Origin: Lautropia mirabilis
Lineage (GTDB): Bacteria > Pseudomonadota > Gammaproteobacteria > Burkholderiales > Burkholderiaceae_B
Assembly: GCA_945876565.1 (NCBI GenBank)
Contig: CAMCOS010000010.1
Location: 1,244 to 65,243 of the forward strand
Length of the DNA stretch: 64,000 nucleotides
Reading direction: 5' to 3'
Shown: piece after piece, positions 10,706-20,423 of the stretch
How positions within the stretch are numbered: the first letter of the stretch is position 1
Layout: every line of letters starts with the position of its first letter
Made by a program: the position numbers and the translations under genes
Notes under the pieces: generated by a model
The model's database searches: none
What the model was told of the DNA's origin: nothing
What the model saw: the letters and a program-made list of their open reading frames with translations, nothing else

Positions 10706-11682
10706 TATTCAAACCTCACACGTGGATCGGCCAAGGTGTACGAAATATCAGCCAATATCAGGCCAACGATGTATAGAGATGCGCCTAGAAACACCATCGC
10801 TCGCACCACTGAGAAATCCTGGCCATTGATCGCGTCAATGGTGTAGCTGCCAAGTCCTGGGATGCCAAAAAACGATTCCGCAATCAGGCTACCCATGAAC
10901 AACAAGGGCAGCGCTGATACCGTACCCGTCAAAATCGGCAACATGGCATTACGCAAGACATGCTTAAAGAGCACCACTCGCTCGCTCAAACCCTTGGCGC
11001 GCGCCGTGCGCACGTAATCTTTACTGATCTCTTCAAGAAACAGACTGCGGTAAAAGCGCGCCTCAGGCCCAAGCCGGGAGATGATGGCCACGAGCACCGG
11101 CAACGCCAGAAACTTGACCATATCCAGGCCACCGATATAACCAGAATAAGGAACTAGTCGCAGGACTTTGGCAAACAACCACTGGCCTGCGATGATATAG
11201 AACAGCCCTGATATGGAGAGCATTAATACACAGAGCACCACCCCCCAAAAATCTAAGGGGGTGGTCCGGAAAAACACCAGCAGCAAGGCAAACGAGATGC
11301 TCGCCAGGATCCCCAGCACAAAACTCGGGATTGCCAAGGCGAGGCTCGGGCCCATGCGCTCACGGATTTCCCAGCCGATGTCACGCCCACTATCAGACAA
11401 CCCAAAATCAAATCGCAACAACGGCACCGATCTTTGATAAAAAATGGTGTCCGTGAGAGTCTGAGCGCCCGAAGCTTGCGTATTGACCCAAAGTGGCTTG
11501 TCATAGCCGCGTTCGGCCTTCCATTTCTCAATAGCATCCGCACTGACTCGCTGCCCCCCGATCGCAAGCCTCGCCATATCGTCTGGCGTATTGACCGCAA
11601 AAAAGAGCACAAAGGTCAGCAGGTTCACGCCAATCAAAATCATGACGCCATACATCAAGCGCCTAAGGATGTAAGCCGTCAT
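10705..11682 (-). CDS. Peptide-type ABC transporter permease (DppB-like)
   Basis: DYVRTARAKGLSE, KHVLRNAM and ESFFGIPGLG. Confidence 0.95.
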   Translation of the reverse strand: MTAYILRRLMYGVMILIGVNLLTFVLFFAVNTPDDMARLAIGGQRVSADAIEKWKAERGYDKPLWVNTQASGAQTLTDTIFYQRSVPLLRFDFGLSDSGRDIGWEIRERMGPSLALAIPSFVLGILASISFALLLVFFRTTPLDFWGVVLCVLMLSISGLFYIIAGQWLFAKVLRLVPYSGYIGGLDMVKFLALPVLVAIISRLGPEARFYRSLFLEEISKDYVRTARAKGLSERVVLFKHVLRNAMLPILTGTVSALPLLFMGSLIAESFFGIPGLGSYTIDAINGQDFSVVRAMVFLGASLYIVGLILADISYTLADPRVRFE

Positions 11683-13934
11683 TGCCCGTCTCCCAAGCTA
11701 GAGACCTTCGGTGGCAAGGCCGTGCGTTGCTGATGCGACTTGACCATGCGCCAGGCCGGCCAAATGATCAATGCCAGCAACACGGCCAACACAATCAGGG
11801 GCCACCAGACCGGATGATTCCATTGAGCGATCTTCTGTTGACGCAGCTCACTGTCGATACGCAGGTATTGCAAGCCGTTGCGCACCATCTGCGATGGCTT
11901 GGCGTTATGCACCCACTGCTGATATGCACCGGCCGATTTAGGAAAAAAACCAAACATCCAGGGCGCGTCATGTTGCACAACCTTGATCATCTGGTCAATG
12001 ATCGCAGCTTTCTCAGGGCCATCGGGCAAATCCCGCATTTTCTCGAACAAGGCATCGTACTGAGGACTGCTGTAGTTGCTGGCGTTTTCACCACCCTTGC
12101 CGGCCTTGACCTGTTTGCCGTAGAGCAAAAACAGGAAGTTCTCGGCATCCGGATAGTCGGCAATCCAGCCCCACATGAACATTTGTGCCACACCACGTGA
12201 CATTTTTTCTTGAAAACGGTTGTAGTCAGTCGCTCGAATATCAAGCTGTGCGCCTAAGTGACTGACTTGACGCCGCATCCAGTCAAGCGCCGGATTCGAT
12301 GCGTTGGCACCTGCGGCCGAATCAAAATACAAGACCAGCGGCTGGCCAGTTTTCTCGTCCCGTCCGTTGGGATAGCCTGCCTCGGCCATCAACTGACGGG
12401 CGTAGTCAAGCGACTTTCGCTTGGGCTTGCCATCGACCAAATCATAAACAACGCGATTGATGCCCTCTGGCGCGGCTTGATAGCCCAAAATGCCAGGTGG
12501 CACTGGCCCAAAAGATGGTTGGGCCTGCCCCTGCCGAAAAATCGCGATGTACTCTTCCCAATTGAAAGCAATGCTAAGCGCCTGGCGCAGCTTGCGATTC
12601 TTTTCTTGTTGTTCAGGTGTATCACCTTGCCCGACCACGGGGTCAAGCCAATTAAAGCCAAGGTAAAAAATCGATGCCTCAACTGTGGACGGTAACTGTA
12701 TGCCGTGCTCAGCATAAAGCGCTGCTTTCTCGGAAGAGTCTCCAGCAGCAACCAGCATGGCCACGCCCACGTCGCCCCGGTTGGCCTGAGGCAAATCGTA
12801 ATAGCCTTGCATGAACTTGCCTTGCAGTGGAATCGACTCCTTTTCGATGTTAAACACCATGCGGTCAACAAACGGCGTCATCTTGCCGCAGTCATCGAGC
12901 AGCCCCGCCTCGCGATCGCTGGGCTCACCCTCGCACGGATATGGCTCACCGCGAAAGTTTGGATTACGGCCCAATACGTGGCGGCGATTTTCCAGGGACT
13001 CCACCATCATGAACGCCCCGGTGCCCACAGGCCATGTGTTGAGCGACAGACTGTTGGTCGCCATGCCAGGCTGACTGTAAAACCGATCGGCCTCCCACGG
13101 TATAGGGGCCGTAAACGTCATTGACAACCAATATTTGAACTGCGGGTAACTGCCTTTGACCCGAATGCGCAGGGTATGGTTGTCAATTGCCTGAACTCCA
13201 TCAAAGCCAAAATCTCGCAGATCGAGCCAAGGCAGCTCACCGTCACCAGACTGCTCTGGCCATTGCGCGCCCACTCTTTTCAGCTCATCGCCATATTGCG
13301 CAAAGCCCACCACATGCTGAGCCAGTGTCGAGTAGATTGGCGAGGCCACGCGCGGGCTTGCTAATCGCCGAAACGCATACACATAATCATGTGCCGTCAG
13401 CTCGCGCGTGCCCGTCTGAGAAAAATCCGTGATGGCGTAGCGACCATCCAGCGCACCTGGCGCCAATGGATAGTAGGTATATTGCCCATCAGCATTCTTC
13501 GCAAAAGCCGGGTGCGGCTGAAACAAGATACCAGGCCTGAGCTTGATTTCGTGGATGCTCTCATGCACCAGATCAGGAGGCGCGGTGTCGGGCAAGACGT
13601 TACCGGCGACATCGAGCAAGACCGGTGTGGCCACCTGCTCAGCAGCACGGGCATTGAGCTCATAAGGGCGCTTTAGGTAATGGTAGCCATACAGGGGCTC
13701 ATAGATGCTGTAGGTGTATGGGGTCTCATCGCTGGAATACGACTTGGCTGGGTCGAGGTAACGCGGTGAGCGCTGTGTAAAAGCTGTGTATAGCGTATTT
13801 TGCGCCTCGGCACCTGCCTGATAAGGACTATTGATTGGCTCGGCAACCCAGTCACAACCCGCTAACGCAAAAGCGAACCCAAACAGGGCCGCAAGGGCCG
13901 ATCGCCGCCAAAACCCATGACTTATTTCCCGCAC
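11679..13934 (-). CDS. Large family-5 ABC substrate-binding lipoprotein with a C-terminal TM helix
   Basis: Lipobox LAGC; SBP_bac_5-like LDPA, IYEPLY, PVGTGAF and WIADYPDAENF; hydrophobic C-terminal WWPLIVLAVLLALIIWPAW. Start placed at GTG 13934 behind GGAGG. Confidence 0.88.
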   Translation of the reverse strand: MREISHGFWRRSALAALFGFAFALAGCDWVAEPINSPYQAGAEAQNTLYTAFTQRSPRYLDPAKSYSSDETPYTYSIYEPLYGYHYLKRPYELNARAAEQVATPVLLDVAGNVLPDTAPPDLVHESIHEIKLRPGILFQPHPAFAKNADGQYTYYPLAPGALDGRYAITDFSQTGTRELTAHDYVYAFRRLASPRVASPIYSTLAQHVVGFAQYGDELKRVGAQWPEQSGDGELPWLDLRDFGFDGVQAIDNHTLRIRVKGSYPQFKYWLSMTFTAPIPWEADRFYSQPGMATNSLSLNTWPVGTGAFMMVESLENRRHVLGRNPNFRGEPYPCEGEPSDREAGLLDDCGKMTPFVDRMVFNIEKESIPLQGKFMQGYYDLPQANRGDVGVAMLVAAGDSSEKAALYAEHGIQLPSTVEASIFYLGFNWLDPVVGQGDTPEQQEKNRKLRQALSIAFNWEEYIAIFRQGQAQPSFGPVPPGILGYQAAPEGINRVVYDLVDGKPKRKSLDYARQLMAEAGYPNGRDEKTGQPLVLYFDSAAGANASNPALDWMRRQVSHLGAQLDIRATDYNRFQEKMSRGVAQMFMWGWIADYPDAENFLFLLYGKQVKAGKGGENASNYSSPQYDALFEKMRDLPDGPEKAAIIDQMIKVVQHDAPWMFGFFPKSAGAYQQWVHNAKPSQMVRNGLQYLRIDSELRQQKIAQWNHPVWWPLIVLAVLLALIIWPAWRMVKSHQQRTALPPKVSSLGDGQ

Positions 13935-14545
13935 TGGCCTTGCCTCCAGCACTGATATCGCCAAACCCAAGGCGCCACTGGCGCTGGCTCAGCCCAAAGT
14001 CCGCGCTTGTTGGCTCTGGCATCGTCTTGCAACGCCAAGAGCCTGCGATCGCGTAGGTACTTGTCTTTGCCTTGCCGATTGGCCCACGCCATGCCCGCAT
14101 AAACCAGTAGCTGATTGGCTGTGACATCACCGAGCACCACATCACAGATATGCCGGCCAAATCGGTCTTCTTCAAAACACTTCAATGTTACGGTCTGGCC
14201 CGCGACCTGATCAGCCAGGAATCGCCTAGCGGCCTCACCGTAAGGCTGACCGGGTTGCTTACCACCATTGCCTTTTTCTGGCGCGTCGATGCTGGCCAGC
14301 CGTATACGATAGTTTCTCCCAGCATCACGCACGTTAATAGTATCGCCGTCGGCCACACTCACCACTTTCCCATTGAGCTCGTAAGCAACTGCAGACTGCC
14401 AACCCGCCACAAGCCACAGCAGCAGCAATCCGGGCAATTTGATTGCCCAACCCTGCATCACAAACCAGTTTCTAGTGTCACTGCAGCGATTTTTCATGAT
14501 CTTAATGACAAAACCCAAAGCTGGCCTGCGCAAGATGGCACCCAT
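13922..14545 (-). CDS. Thermonuclease (SNase) family protein, probably secreted; start uncertain
   Basis: VVSVADGDTI, IRLASIDAPE, DRFGRHI, NQLLVYAGMAW and ARANKRGLW; hydrophobic signal-like segment LLLLWLVAGWQSAVA. Confidence 0.92.
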   Translation of the reverse strand: MGAILRRPALGFVIKIMKNRCSDTRNWFVMQGWAIKLPGLLLLWLVAGWQSAVAYELNGKVVSVADGDTINVRDAGRNYRIRLASIDAPEKGNGGKQPGQPYGEAARRFLADQVAGQTVTLKCFEEDRFGRHICDVVLGDVTANQLLVYAGMAWANRQGKDKYLRDRRLLALQDDARANKRGLWAEPAPVAPWVWRYQCWRQGQCGK

Positions 14546-14769
14546 CTGCTTGCCGTGGTCACAAGATTACCTCAATCTGGCGGCAGACATCGATGCTGCT
14601 GCCAAACGAGTTAGCGGACCGACTGCATATCGGGTTTACCTGAGAGCCTGGTGATCGGAATTAGTGTTTTGAACTGCAGCACACCATAAAGTTCACAGCT
14701 TGCCGACCTGGAACCTATGCCAAAATGCCCCCATATCGATTAGAAGCTCCCAAGACGGCCCAACCGACC

Positions 14770-15717
14770 ATGAAAATCGTTTTTCTTGACAGCGACACCC
14801 TGCCTCACTCAATCAAGCGCCCTGCCTGGGCCCAAGATTGGGTCAACCTGCCCGCCACCGATCAAACCACCGGGGCCGTGGTCAAGGCATTGGACGGCGC
14901 CGAGATCTGCATCACCAACAAGATACGCATCACGCCTGCCATTGTGGCGCAATGCCCCAAGCTGAAGTTTGTCTGCGTTGCTGCCACGGGCTATGACTGC
15001 GTTGATTTGCAGGCCTGTCGTGAGCATGGCGTGGTGGTTAGCAATGTGCCTGGTTATTCCAGGCAAAGCGTGGCGGAAAATGTCATCGCCAATATTTTTG
15101 CGCTAAGGCGCAACCTGCTGTCGTACGCCGCCATCGGTCCGCAGTCCTGGTCTGAGTCCTCGCATTTTTGTGTGCACGATCGACCAATTCTTGATATCGC
15201 GGGCGCAGCGCTGGGCATTATTGGTCAGGGCGCCATTGGCGCTGAGGTAGCGCGCCTTGCGCAAGCGCTGGGGATGAAAGTTCTGTTTGCCGAGCACCGT
15301 GGCAAAGCGGAAATCCGCGAGGGATACACCCGATTTGAGACCGTCATCGCACAAGCGGATGTCATCACCTTGCACTGCCCGCTAACACCGGCCACCCAGG
15401 GCCTGATCGGCCAAGCCGAGATTGCCCACATGAAGCCCGGTGCACTATTAATCAATACAGCGCGTGGGCCTTTGGTCAATGAAGACGCCGTACTCGACGG
15501 CCTAAAGACTGGTCACTTGGGCGGTGCGGCCCTGGACGTGCTGGTCAAAGAGCCACCAACCGGTCATGAGCCGTTACTGAATTTCAAGCACCCCAATCTC
15601 ATCATCACACCGCACATTGCCTGGGCAGCCACCGATGGGCAAAGCAGCCTGGTTAAAGGCATCCAAGCCAATCTCGAGGCATTCCATGGGGGCACACCGA
15701 TCAACGTGGTCAATTGA
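14770..15717 (+). CDS. D-2-hydroxyacid dehydrogenase (glycerate dehydrogenase/HprA-like)
   Basis: MKIVFLD, ATGYDCVD, GIIGQGAIG Rossmann motif, LINTARG, DVLVKEPP and TPHIAWA. Confidence 0.9.
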   Translation: MKIVFLDSDTLPHSIKRPAWAQDWVNLPATDQTTGAVVKALDGAEICITNKIRITPAIVAQCPKLKFVCVAATGYDCVDLQACREHGVVVSNVPGYSRQSVAENVIANIFALRRNLLSYAAIGPQSWSESSHFCVHDRPILDIAGAALGIIGQGAIGAEVARLAQALGMKVLFAEHRGKAEIREGYTRFETVIAQADVITLHCPLTPATQGLIGQAEIAHMKPGALLINTARGPLVNEDAVLDGLKTGHLGGAALDVLVKEPPTGHEPLLNFKHPNLIITPHIAWAATDGQSSLVKGIQANLEAFHGGTPINVVN

Positions 15718-15789
15718 ACGTTGAAGCAGTCACTGTTTTTACGGAATTTGTCGTATGCTTGAATTCAGTAGTGTGCAGTTTGAACGTGG

Positions 15790-16365
15790 ATGACTGAGCC
15801 AAACACGAGGGTTTACAGCATGCAGGACATCACAGTGCAGCAACCGACAGATTTCTGGCGTCGATCGATGAGCCAGATGGCTCAGAGCGCTCGTCAATGG
15901 GTTTTGGCGATAGCAATGGGGTTGGCTTCGATCACGGCCCAAGCCATTGAGGTCGGCGACACACTCATCATCGACAACCTCACCACCATCGATGGCCAGA
16001 CCATCACCCGAGAAAGCCTGGCTGGCAAACATGTTGTGGTTCAGGTTTGGGCGACCTGGTGCCCCTTTTGCCACCGCCAGAATGTCAACTTGGTCGAACT
16101 AGTCAAGCGCACCGAGGGCATGCCGATACAAGTGATCGCTCTGTCCATTGACCGTAAGGCGGCAGACGTGCCTCCTTACGTCAAAAAGCACGGCCTGAAC
16201 TTCCCCGTGGCGATGATGACACCCGAACTTGACAAGGCCATCGGCAAACGCCAAGGCATCCCCGAACTCTACGTCGTTGATACCTCAGGCAAAGTCATAC
16301 AAAAGGACTACGGTGAAATGATCGACCTCGACATCTACGACTTGGCTAACTACGTCAAGCCCTAG
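15790..16365 (+). CDS. TlpA-family thiol-disulfide oxidoreductase (periplasmic); start uncertain
   Basis: VWATWCPFC CxxC motif, signal-like WVLAIAMGLASITAQA and GIPELYVVD. Confidence 0.85.
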   Translation: MTEPNTRVYSMQDITVQQPTDFWRRSMSQMAQSARQWVLAIAMGLASITAQAIEVGDTLIIDNLTTIDGQTITRESLAGKHVVVQVWATWCPFCHRQNVNLVELVKRTEGMPIQVIALSIDRKAADVPPYVKKHGLNFPVAMMTPELDKAIGKRQGIPELYVVDTSGKVIQKDYGEMIDLDIYDLANYVKP

Positions 16366-16370
16366 GCACC

Positions 16371-16400
16371 TGGGGGGACTTGGGGCCATCTGGGGCCAAC
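16371..16400 (+). repeat. Imperfect 10-bp G-rich tandem repeat x3 between convergent tlpA and soxH-like genes
   Basis: TGGGGGGACT TGGGGCCATC TGGGGCCAAC. Confidence 0.6.
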
Positions 16401-16408
16401 TAAGACCC

Positions 16409-17338
16409 TCACTGAGCCGACTGAATCGACAAAAACACGTTGTAAGCATTCATCCGGTTAGCGGCTTTGAATAAAGGGTAGCCCTCGTAAGGTGACCAAT
16501 CGACTTTCTCATATGCCTGATCAAAATCATCGAGATTCTCTGCTGGTTCACGCATGACATCGCGCAGATACTTCAGATAGTCACGCGTGAATTGAAGGTC
16601 TTGACCGGGGTTGGTTGAATGAGGCCCGTGACCTGGCACCACAACCGCTGGCGTCAGCGTCATCAAACGATCGAGTGACTCGATCCAGCCAGCACTATCA
16701 GCATTGCCCACAAATGGAATCCGGCCTTGAAACATGAGGTCACCTGCAAACAGGACGTTCTGATCAGGCACATAGACTGACAAGTCATCTGGCGTATGGG
16801 CCGGACCAACTTTGAGTAAATCAAACTGCCAGCCACTGAGCATCATCTGCTCGTCATCGATCACCCAGATATCGGCGCCTTCCAGACGGGTCTTGTCATT
16901 TACCCAGGGTGCAAGCTCCTCGCGTGAAACCTCAAGCCTAAGCTTGGCAGTATCCGAAGTCAGATAGAGCTTACCCTCTTCTTGGGCGATGACCTTGGCA
17001 CCAAGGTCTTTGAATACCTGCAAGCCGTAGACGTGATCGGCATGAAAGTGGGTGACGATGACATACTGAATTGGCTTGTCCGTGATCTTACGAATTTCAG
17101 CCACCAGGCGCTCGGCCAAAGAAGGCGAACCGAGCGCGTCAATCACGACCACCCCATCAGGCGCCACCACCACACCCGCATTAGAAATGAAGTTCTGATT
17201 CAAGGGTGTGCCAAGCGCAAACAAACCCTCGACATAATAGGCATGCGCACTGACTTGCTTGAGCACCAGTTTCGGTGGCTCGTTGGCCTGAACCACCGAT
17301 GCAAACAGAAAAGCAATGCCCGCATACCAATTCCTCAT
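16409..17338 (-). CDS. Periplasmic MBL-fold metallo-hydrolase, SoxH-like
   Basis: NFISNAGVV, VIDALGS, THFHADH, GPAHTPDD, FAGDL and VVPGHG; signal peptide; ATG 17338 behind AAGGAG; lies at the end of the sox operon. Confidence 0.85.
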   Translation of the reverse strand: MRNWYAGIAFLFASVVQANEPPKLVLKQVSAHAYYVEGLFALGTPLNQNFISNAGVVVAPDGVVVIDALGSPSLAERLVAEIRKITDKPIQYVIVTHFHADHVYGLQVFKDLGAKVIAQEEGKLYLTSDTAKLRLEVSREELAPWVNDKTRLEGADIWVIDDEQMMLSGWQFDLLKVGPAHTPDDLSVYVPDQNVLFAGDLMFQGRIPFVGNADSAGWIESLDRLMTLTPAVVVPGHGPHSTNPGQDLQFTRDYLKYLRDVMREPAENLDDFDQAYEKVDWSPYEGYPLFKAANRMNAYNVFLSIQSAQ

Positions 17339-17437
17339 CACTCCACTCCTTCTGTGCCGTATAACATTGGAGCCCAATTAGCAAAAACCCCGCACCAAGC
17401 AAGCTTGATCCGGGGCATGTGCGTCAGATGCAAGCCC

Positions 17438-17881
17438 CTAAGGCTTAATGTAAGCGTGACCATCCTTCAATTGCAAATCCGTCAACGCGACCACACCAGA
17501 GGGCGTGAACTCAGTCTCAAGAATGAACTGATCTTTGCTCAAATTACGACGCTTGAGTGTGATTTCGCAAACGAGAAAGCGAACACCCTTTGAACGCAAG
17601 TCAGCAATCAACGGACCATACGCTGTCTCAGACTGACCGTGCGTCGCCCCTTCAAACATCAGGTCAACACCACCCGAGTGCATCACCAAAACAATATCGG
17701 TCTCGGGTTCCGTGTCCAAATGATTGCGTATGTTACGCAACGCTTTCAGCCCATTACCAAACGCGTCATCCAAGTGATAAACCGCCTTGGGCTTTTAGTT
17801 GTCCTGAGCCTGCACGGTTTCGGGCGCCAAGCCCATCGAGCCAATAACAGCCGCTAATGCCAATGCAAAAATTGTTTTCAT
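17438..17881 (-). pseudogene. DsrE-family periplasmic protein interrupted by an in-frame TAA
   Basis: AAGGAG RBS, then MKTIFALALAAVIGSMGLAPETVQAQDN*KPKAVYHLDDAFGNGLKALRNIRNHL...FLVCEITL...PSGVVALTDLQLKDGHAYIKP. The TAA is at 17797-17795. Confidence 0.8.
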
Positions 17882-17932
17882 GTTTGTCTCCTTTATTGAT
17901 GATGTGTTTGAGCCTCTGTGGACCCAAATGAC

Positions 17933-17955
17933 ACGGCGGGGTCTAGCCCCGCCGT
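17933..17955 (-). terminator. GC-rich hairpin downstream of soxB
   Basis: ACGGCGGGG-TCTAG-CCCCGCCGT; the U-tract on the minus strand is weak, so it may be a stabilising hairpin. Confidence 0.5.
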
Positions 17956-17988
17956 TTACTCAAGAAAGCTCTAAACAACCGACCCTTC

Positions 17989-19722
17989 TCAACTCAGGGG
18001 TGCATACCCTGGGTTATTCTGAGCCCCAATGATCTTGGGCTCATTGAGCTTGACGTCGTTGACAACTTTCTGATCACGCAAGTAACTTGCGACCACGTCC
18101 CAAATCGGCTCGCCGCCAGCATCACGCGCTTCAACAGACACAGGTGCCCAACCGGCAACCTTGTAGTTCTTGCTCGCATCGATCAACGCGCCATCTAGCG
18201 TCATGTCAGAGATACGATTGCCGAAGTCTGCGGTCGGGTTGATGGTGTACTCCAAACCACCCACACGAACCATGTCACCGCCCTGCTGATAGTAAGGATC
18301 CGGATTAAAGAGGTTATCTGCCACATCTTCCAGGATGACCTTGATCATTTCACCCGACATGTTTGTCACCGTCGTCCAAGGATAAGTAATGGCAGTTTGA
18401 TCGAGAACGTTCTCCATCAAGATGTCCTGGCCTGGCAACAACGACGTACCCCAGCGGAAGCCTGGCGAGAAGGCAATCTGTGCATCTTTGCCCTTCATAA
18501 GCGCCTCGCAGATGACCTGGTCAAACGTGCCATTGAAGTTGCCGCGGCGATACAGCAGGCCTTCAGTGGTGGCAAGCACCTCATTCAGTTTGGCCTCATG
18601 CGGCTCACGCACACGCTTAATCAAGGCGGTCATGTCGGGATCTGCCGGCAGCAGATCCGAGAACACGGGTAACAACTTATACCGGAAGTCCGACACCTTG
18701 CCGTCCTTCACATCAAAATCCATCACACCGAGGAACTTGCCGTTTGAACCTGCGTTGGTGACCAACGTCACCCCGCCCGGGTTCTGCACTTTGACGGGTG
18801 CTGGCACGCCATCGTGCGTGTGACCACCAAAAATCGCATCGATGCCAGTAACGCGGCTGGCCATCTTCAAGTCCACGTCCATGCCGTTGTGAGAGATCAC
18901 CACCACGACTTGGGCGCCTGCTTGCCGCGCCTCGTCCACGGTCTTTTGCATGTTCTCTTCATCAATGCCAAACGACCAGTTTTCCACAAGGTAACGCGGG
19001 TTTGCAATCGGTGTGTAAGGGAAAGCCTGACCAATGACGGCGACTTTGACGCCGTTCATTTCGCGCATCGTATAGGCATCAAAGACGGGATCTTCAAAAT
19101 CTGTGGTCTTGATGTTCTGGGCGATGAAAGACACTTTGTCAGCAAAGTCGTTTTGCACGATTTGCATCACACGTTCTTCACCGAGGGTCATTTCCCAGTG
19201 CGCCGTCATGATGTCTACGCCAAGCGCCAGGCAGGCATCAACCATGTCCTGCCCGTTAGTCCACAAAGCAGTGCCTGAACCTTGCCACGTGTCGCCACCG
19301 TCAAGCAACAAGGCGCCAGGACGTGATGCCTTCATTTGCTTGACCAGTGTAGCCAGATGCGCAAAACCACCTACTTTGCCGTACTGCTTGGCAGCGTCGG
19401 TAAAGTTCAAGTAGGTAAATGCATGGGCATCGCGGGTGTCTGGCGAAATACCGTAGTACTTCAGAAGGTACTCGCCCACCAAGTGAGGCGGGCGGTCATA
19501 CATGATGCCAAAGCCTAAGTTGACGTTTGGCTCGCGGAAATAAATCGGGTTTAACTGAGCGTGACAGTCGGTGAAATGCAGGAAATGGACGTTACCAAAC
19601 TTGGGCAGGTCATAAAAAGCGTTCGCCGCGGCTTGCGCTTGCGACATACCAGGTCTTAGTACCATGCCTGCCGCAGAAGCAAGCGCCAAAATCTGCATAA
19701 ACTCACGACGATTCATACTCAT
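17989..19722 (-). CDS. soxB: Thiosulfohydrolase SoxB
   Basis: Tat motif RREFM, HFTDCHAQL, DGGDTWQGS, SHNGMDVD, GGHTHD and LYRRGNFNG. Confidence 0.97.
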   Translation of the reverse strand: MSMNRREFMQILALASAAGMVLRPGMSQAQAAANAFYDLPKFGNVHFLHFTDCHAQLNPIYFREPNVNLGFGIMYDRPPHLVGEYLLKYYGISPDTRDAHAFTYLNFTDAAKQYGKVGGFAHLATLVKQMKASRPGALLLDGGDTWQGSGTALWTNGQDMVDACLALGVDIMTAHWEMTLGEERVMQIVQNDFADKVSFIAQNIKTTDFEDPVFDAYTMREMNGVKVAVIGQAFPYTPIANPRYLVENWSFGIDEENMQKTVDEARQAGAQVVVVISHNGMDVDLKMASRVTGIDAIFGGHTHDGVPAPVKVQNPGGVTLVTNAGSNGKFLGVMDFDVKDGKVSDFRYKLLPVFSDLLPADPDMTALIKRVREPHEAKLNEVLATTEGLLYRRGNFNGTFDQVICEALMKGKDAQIAFSPGFRWGTSLLPGQDILMENVLDQTAITYPWTTVTNMSGEMIKVILEDVADNLFNPDPYYQQGGDMVRVGGLEYTINPTADFGNRISDMTLDGALIDASKNYKVAGWAPVSVEARDAGGEPIWDVVASYLRDQKVVNDVKLNEPKIIGAQNNPGYAPLS

Positions 19723-19746
19723 TTGAAACCCAACCTAGAAATAGAA

Positions 19747-19766
19747 AAAGGGTCCGAAGACCCTTT
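19747..19766 (-). terminator. Intrinsic terminator-like hairpin between soxX and soxB
   Basis: The minus strand reads AAAGGGTC-TTCG-GACCCTTTTTCT: a cUUCGg tetraloop followed by a U-run. Confidence 0.65.
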
Positions 19767-19780
19767 GGTATCGGAACTGC

Positions 19781-20419
19781 TTACTGATTGACCGGCGAAC
19801 TAGGATCAAGCAACAAAGCCATCACGTCCTTGATTTGCTGCTCAGTCAAAATATTGAAATGCGTAAACCGGGGCATGTTACTGCACAGGTTGTAAGCCTT
19901 GGAGTTGTTGATGCGATTCCAGGTGTACTCAATGATTTCCTGGCTATTGCCACGCAGCTTGCCATATCCGAGCAAAGACGGTCCGATGTTGCCGTACGAT
20001 ATTTCTGCTTTGGTCACCTGATGGCAGTTGTAGCAAGACCCACCATTCGGAGTATCCAAACCGTCACTCCAAGTCATCCCACGGCCACTTTGAGCAACCT
20101 TCTCACCAGCCTTCCAGTCACCGAGATACTTTCCATCTGAGGGGGGCTTGATGGCCTTCAGCGCAGCTTCTTGCAGTTCAATGGCTTTTTTCTGACCTTC
20201 GGGGGAGTTGAAGTAGGCCTGGTCAGCGCAAAGAATTTGCACCTCGTCTGGAATCATCCGGCTCTTGTCTGCAATGCCTTGCGAGCGAAAACTAGACTCA
20301 ATGACAGCCATCACGGCTGGATCAACGGCTTGCGCGTGAACGCCAATCGAAGTAGCCAGCGTCAAGGACCCCACTAGACCAGCAACTGCCATGTATGTAT
20401 GTTTCATGTGTGTCTCCAA
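19781..20419 (-). CDS. soxX: SoxAX cytochrome complex subunit X
   Basis: GDWKAGEKVAQSGRG, GGSCYNCH heme motif, GNIGPSL and SNMPRF. Confidence 0.96.
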   Translation of the reverse strand: METHMKHTYMAVAGLVGSLTLATSIGVHAQAVDPAVMAVIESSFRSQGIADKSRMIPDEVQILCADQAYFNSPEGQKKAIELQEAALKAIKPPSDGKYLGDWKAGEKVAQSGRGMTWSDGLDTPNGGSCYNCHQVTKAEISYGNIGPSLLGYGKLRGNSQEIIEYTWNRINNSKAYNLCSNMPRFTHFNILTEQQIKDVMALLLDPSSPVNQ

Positions 20420-20423
20420 CCGA

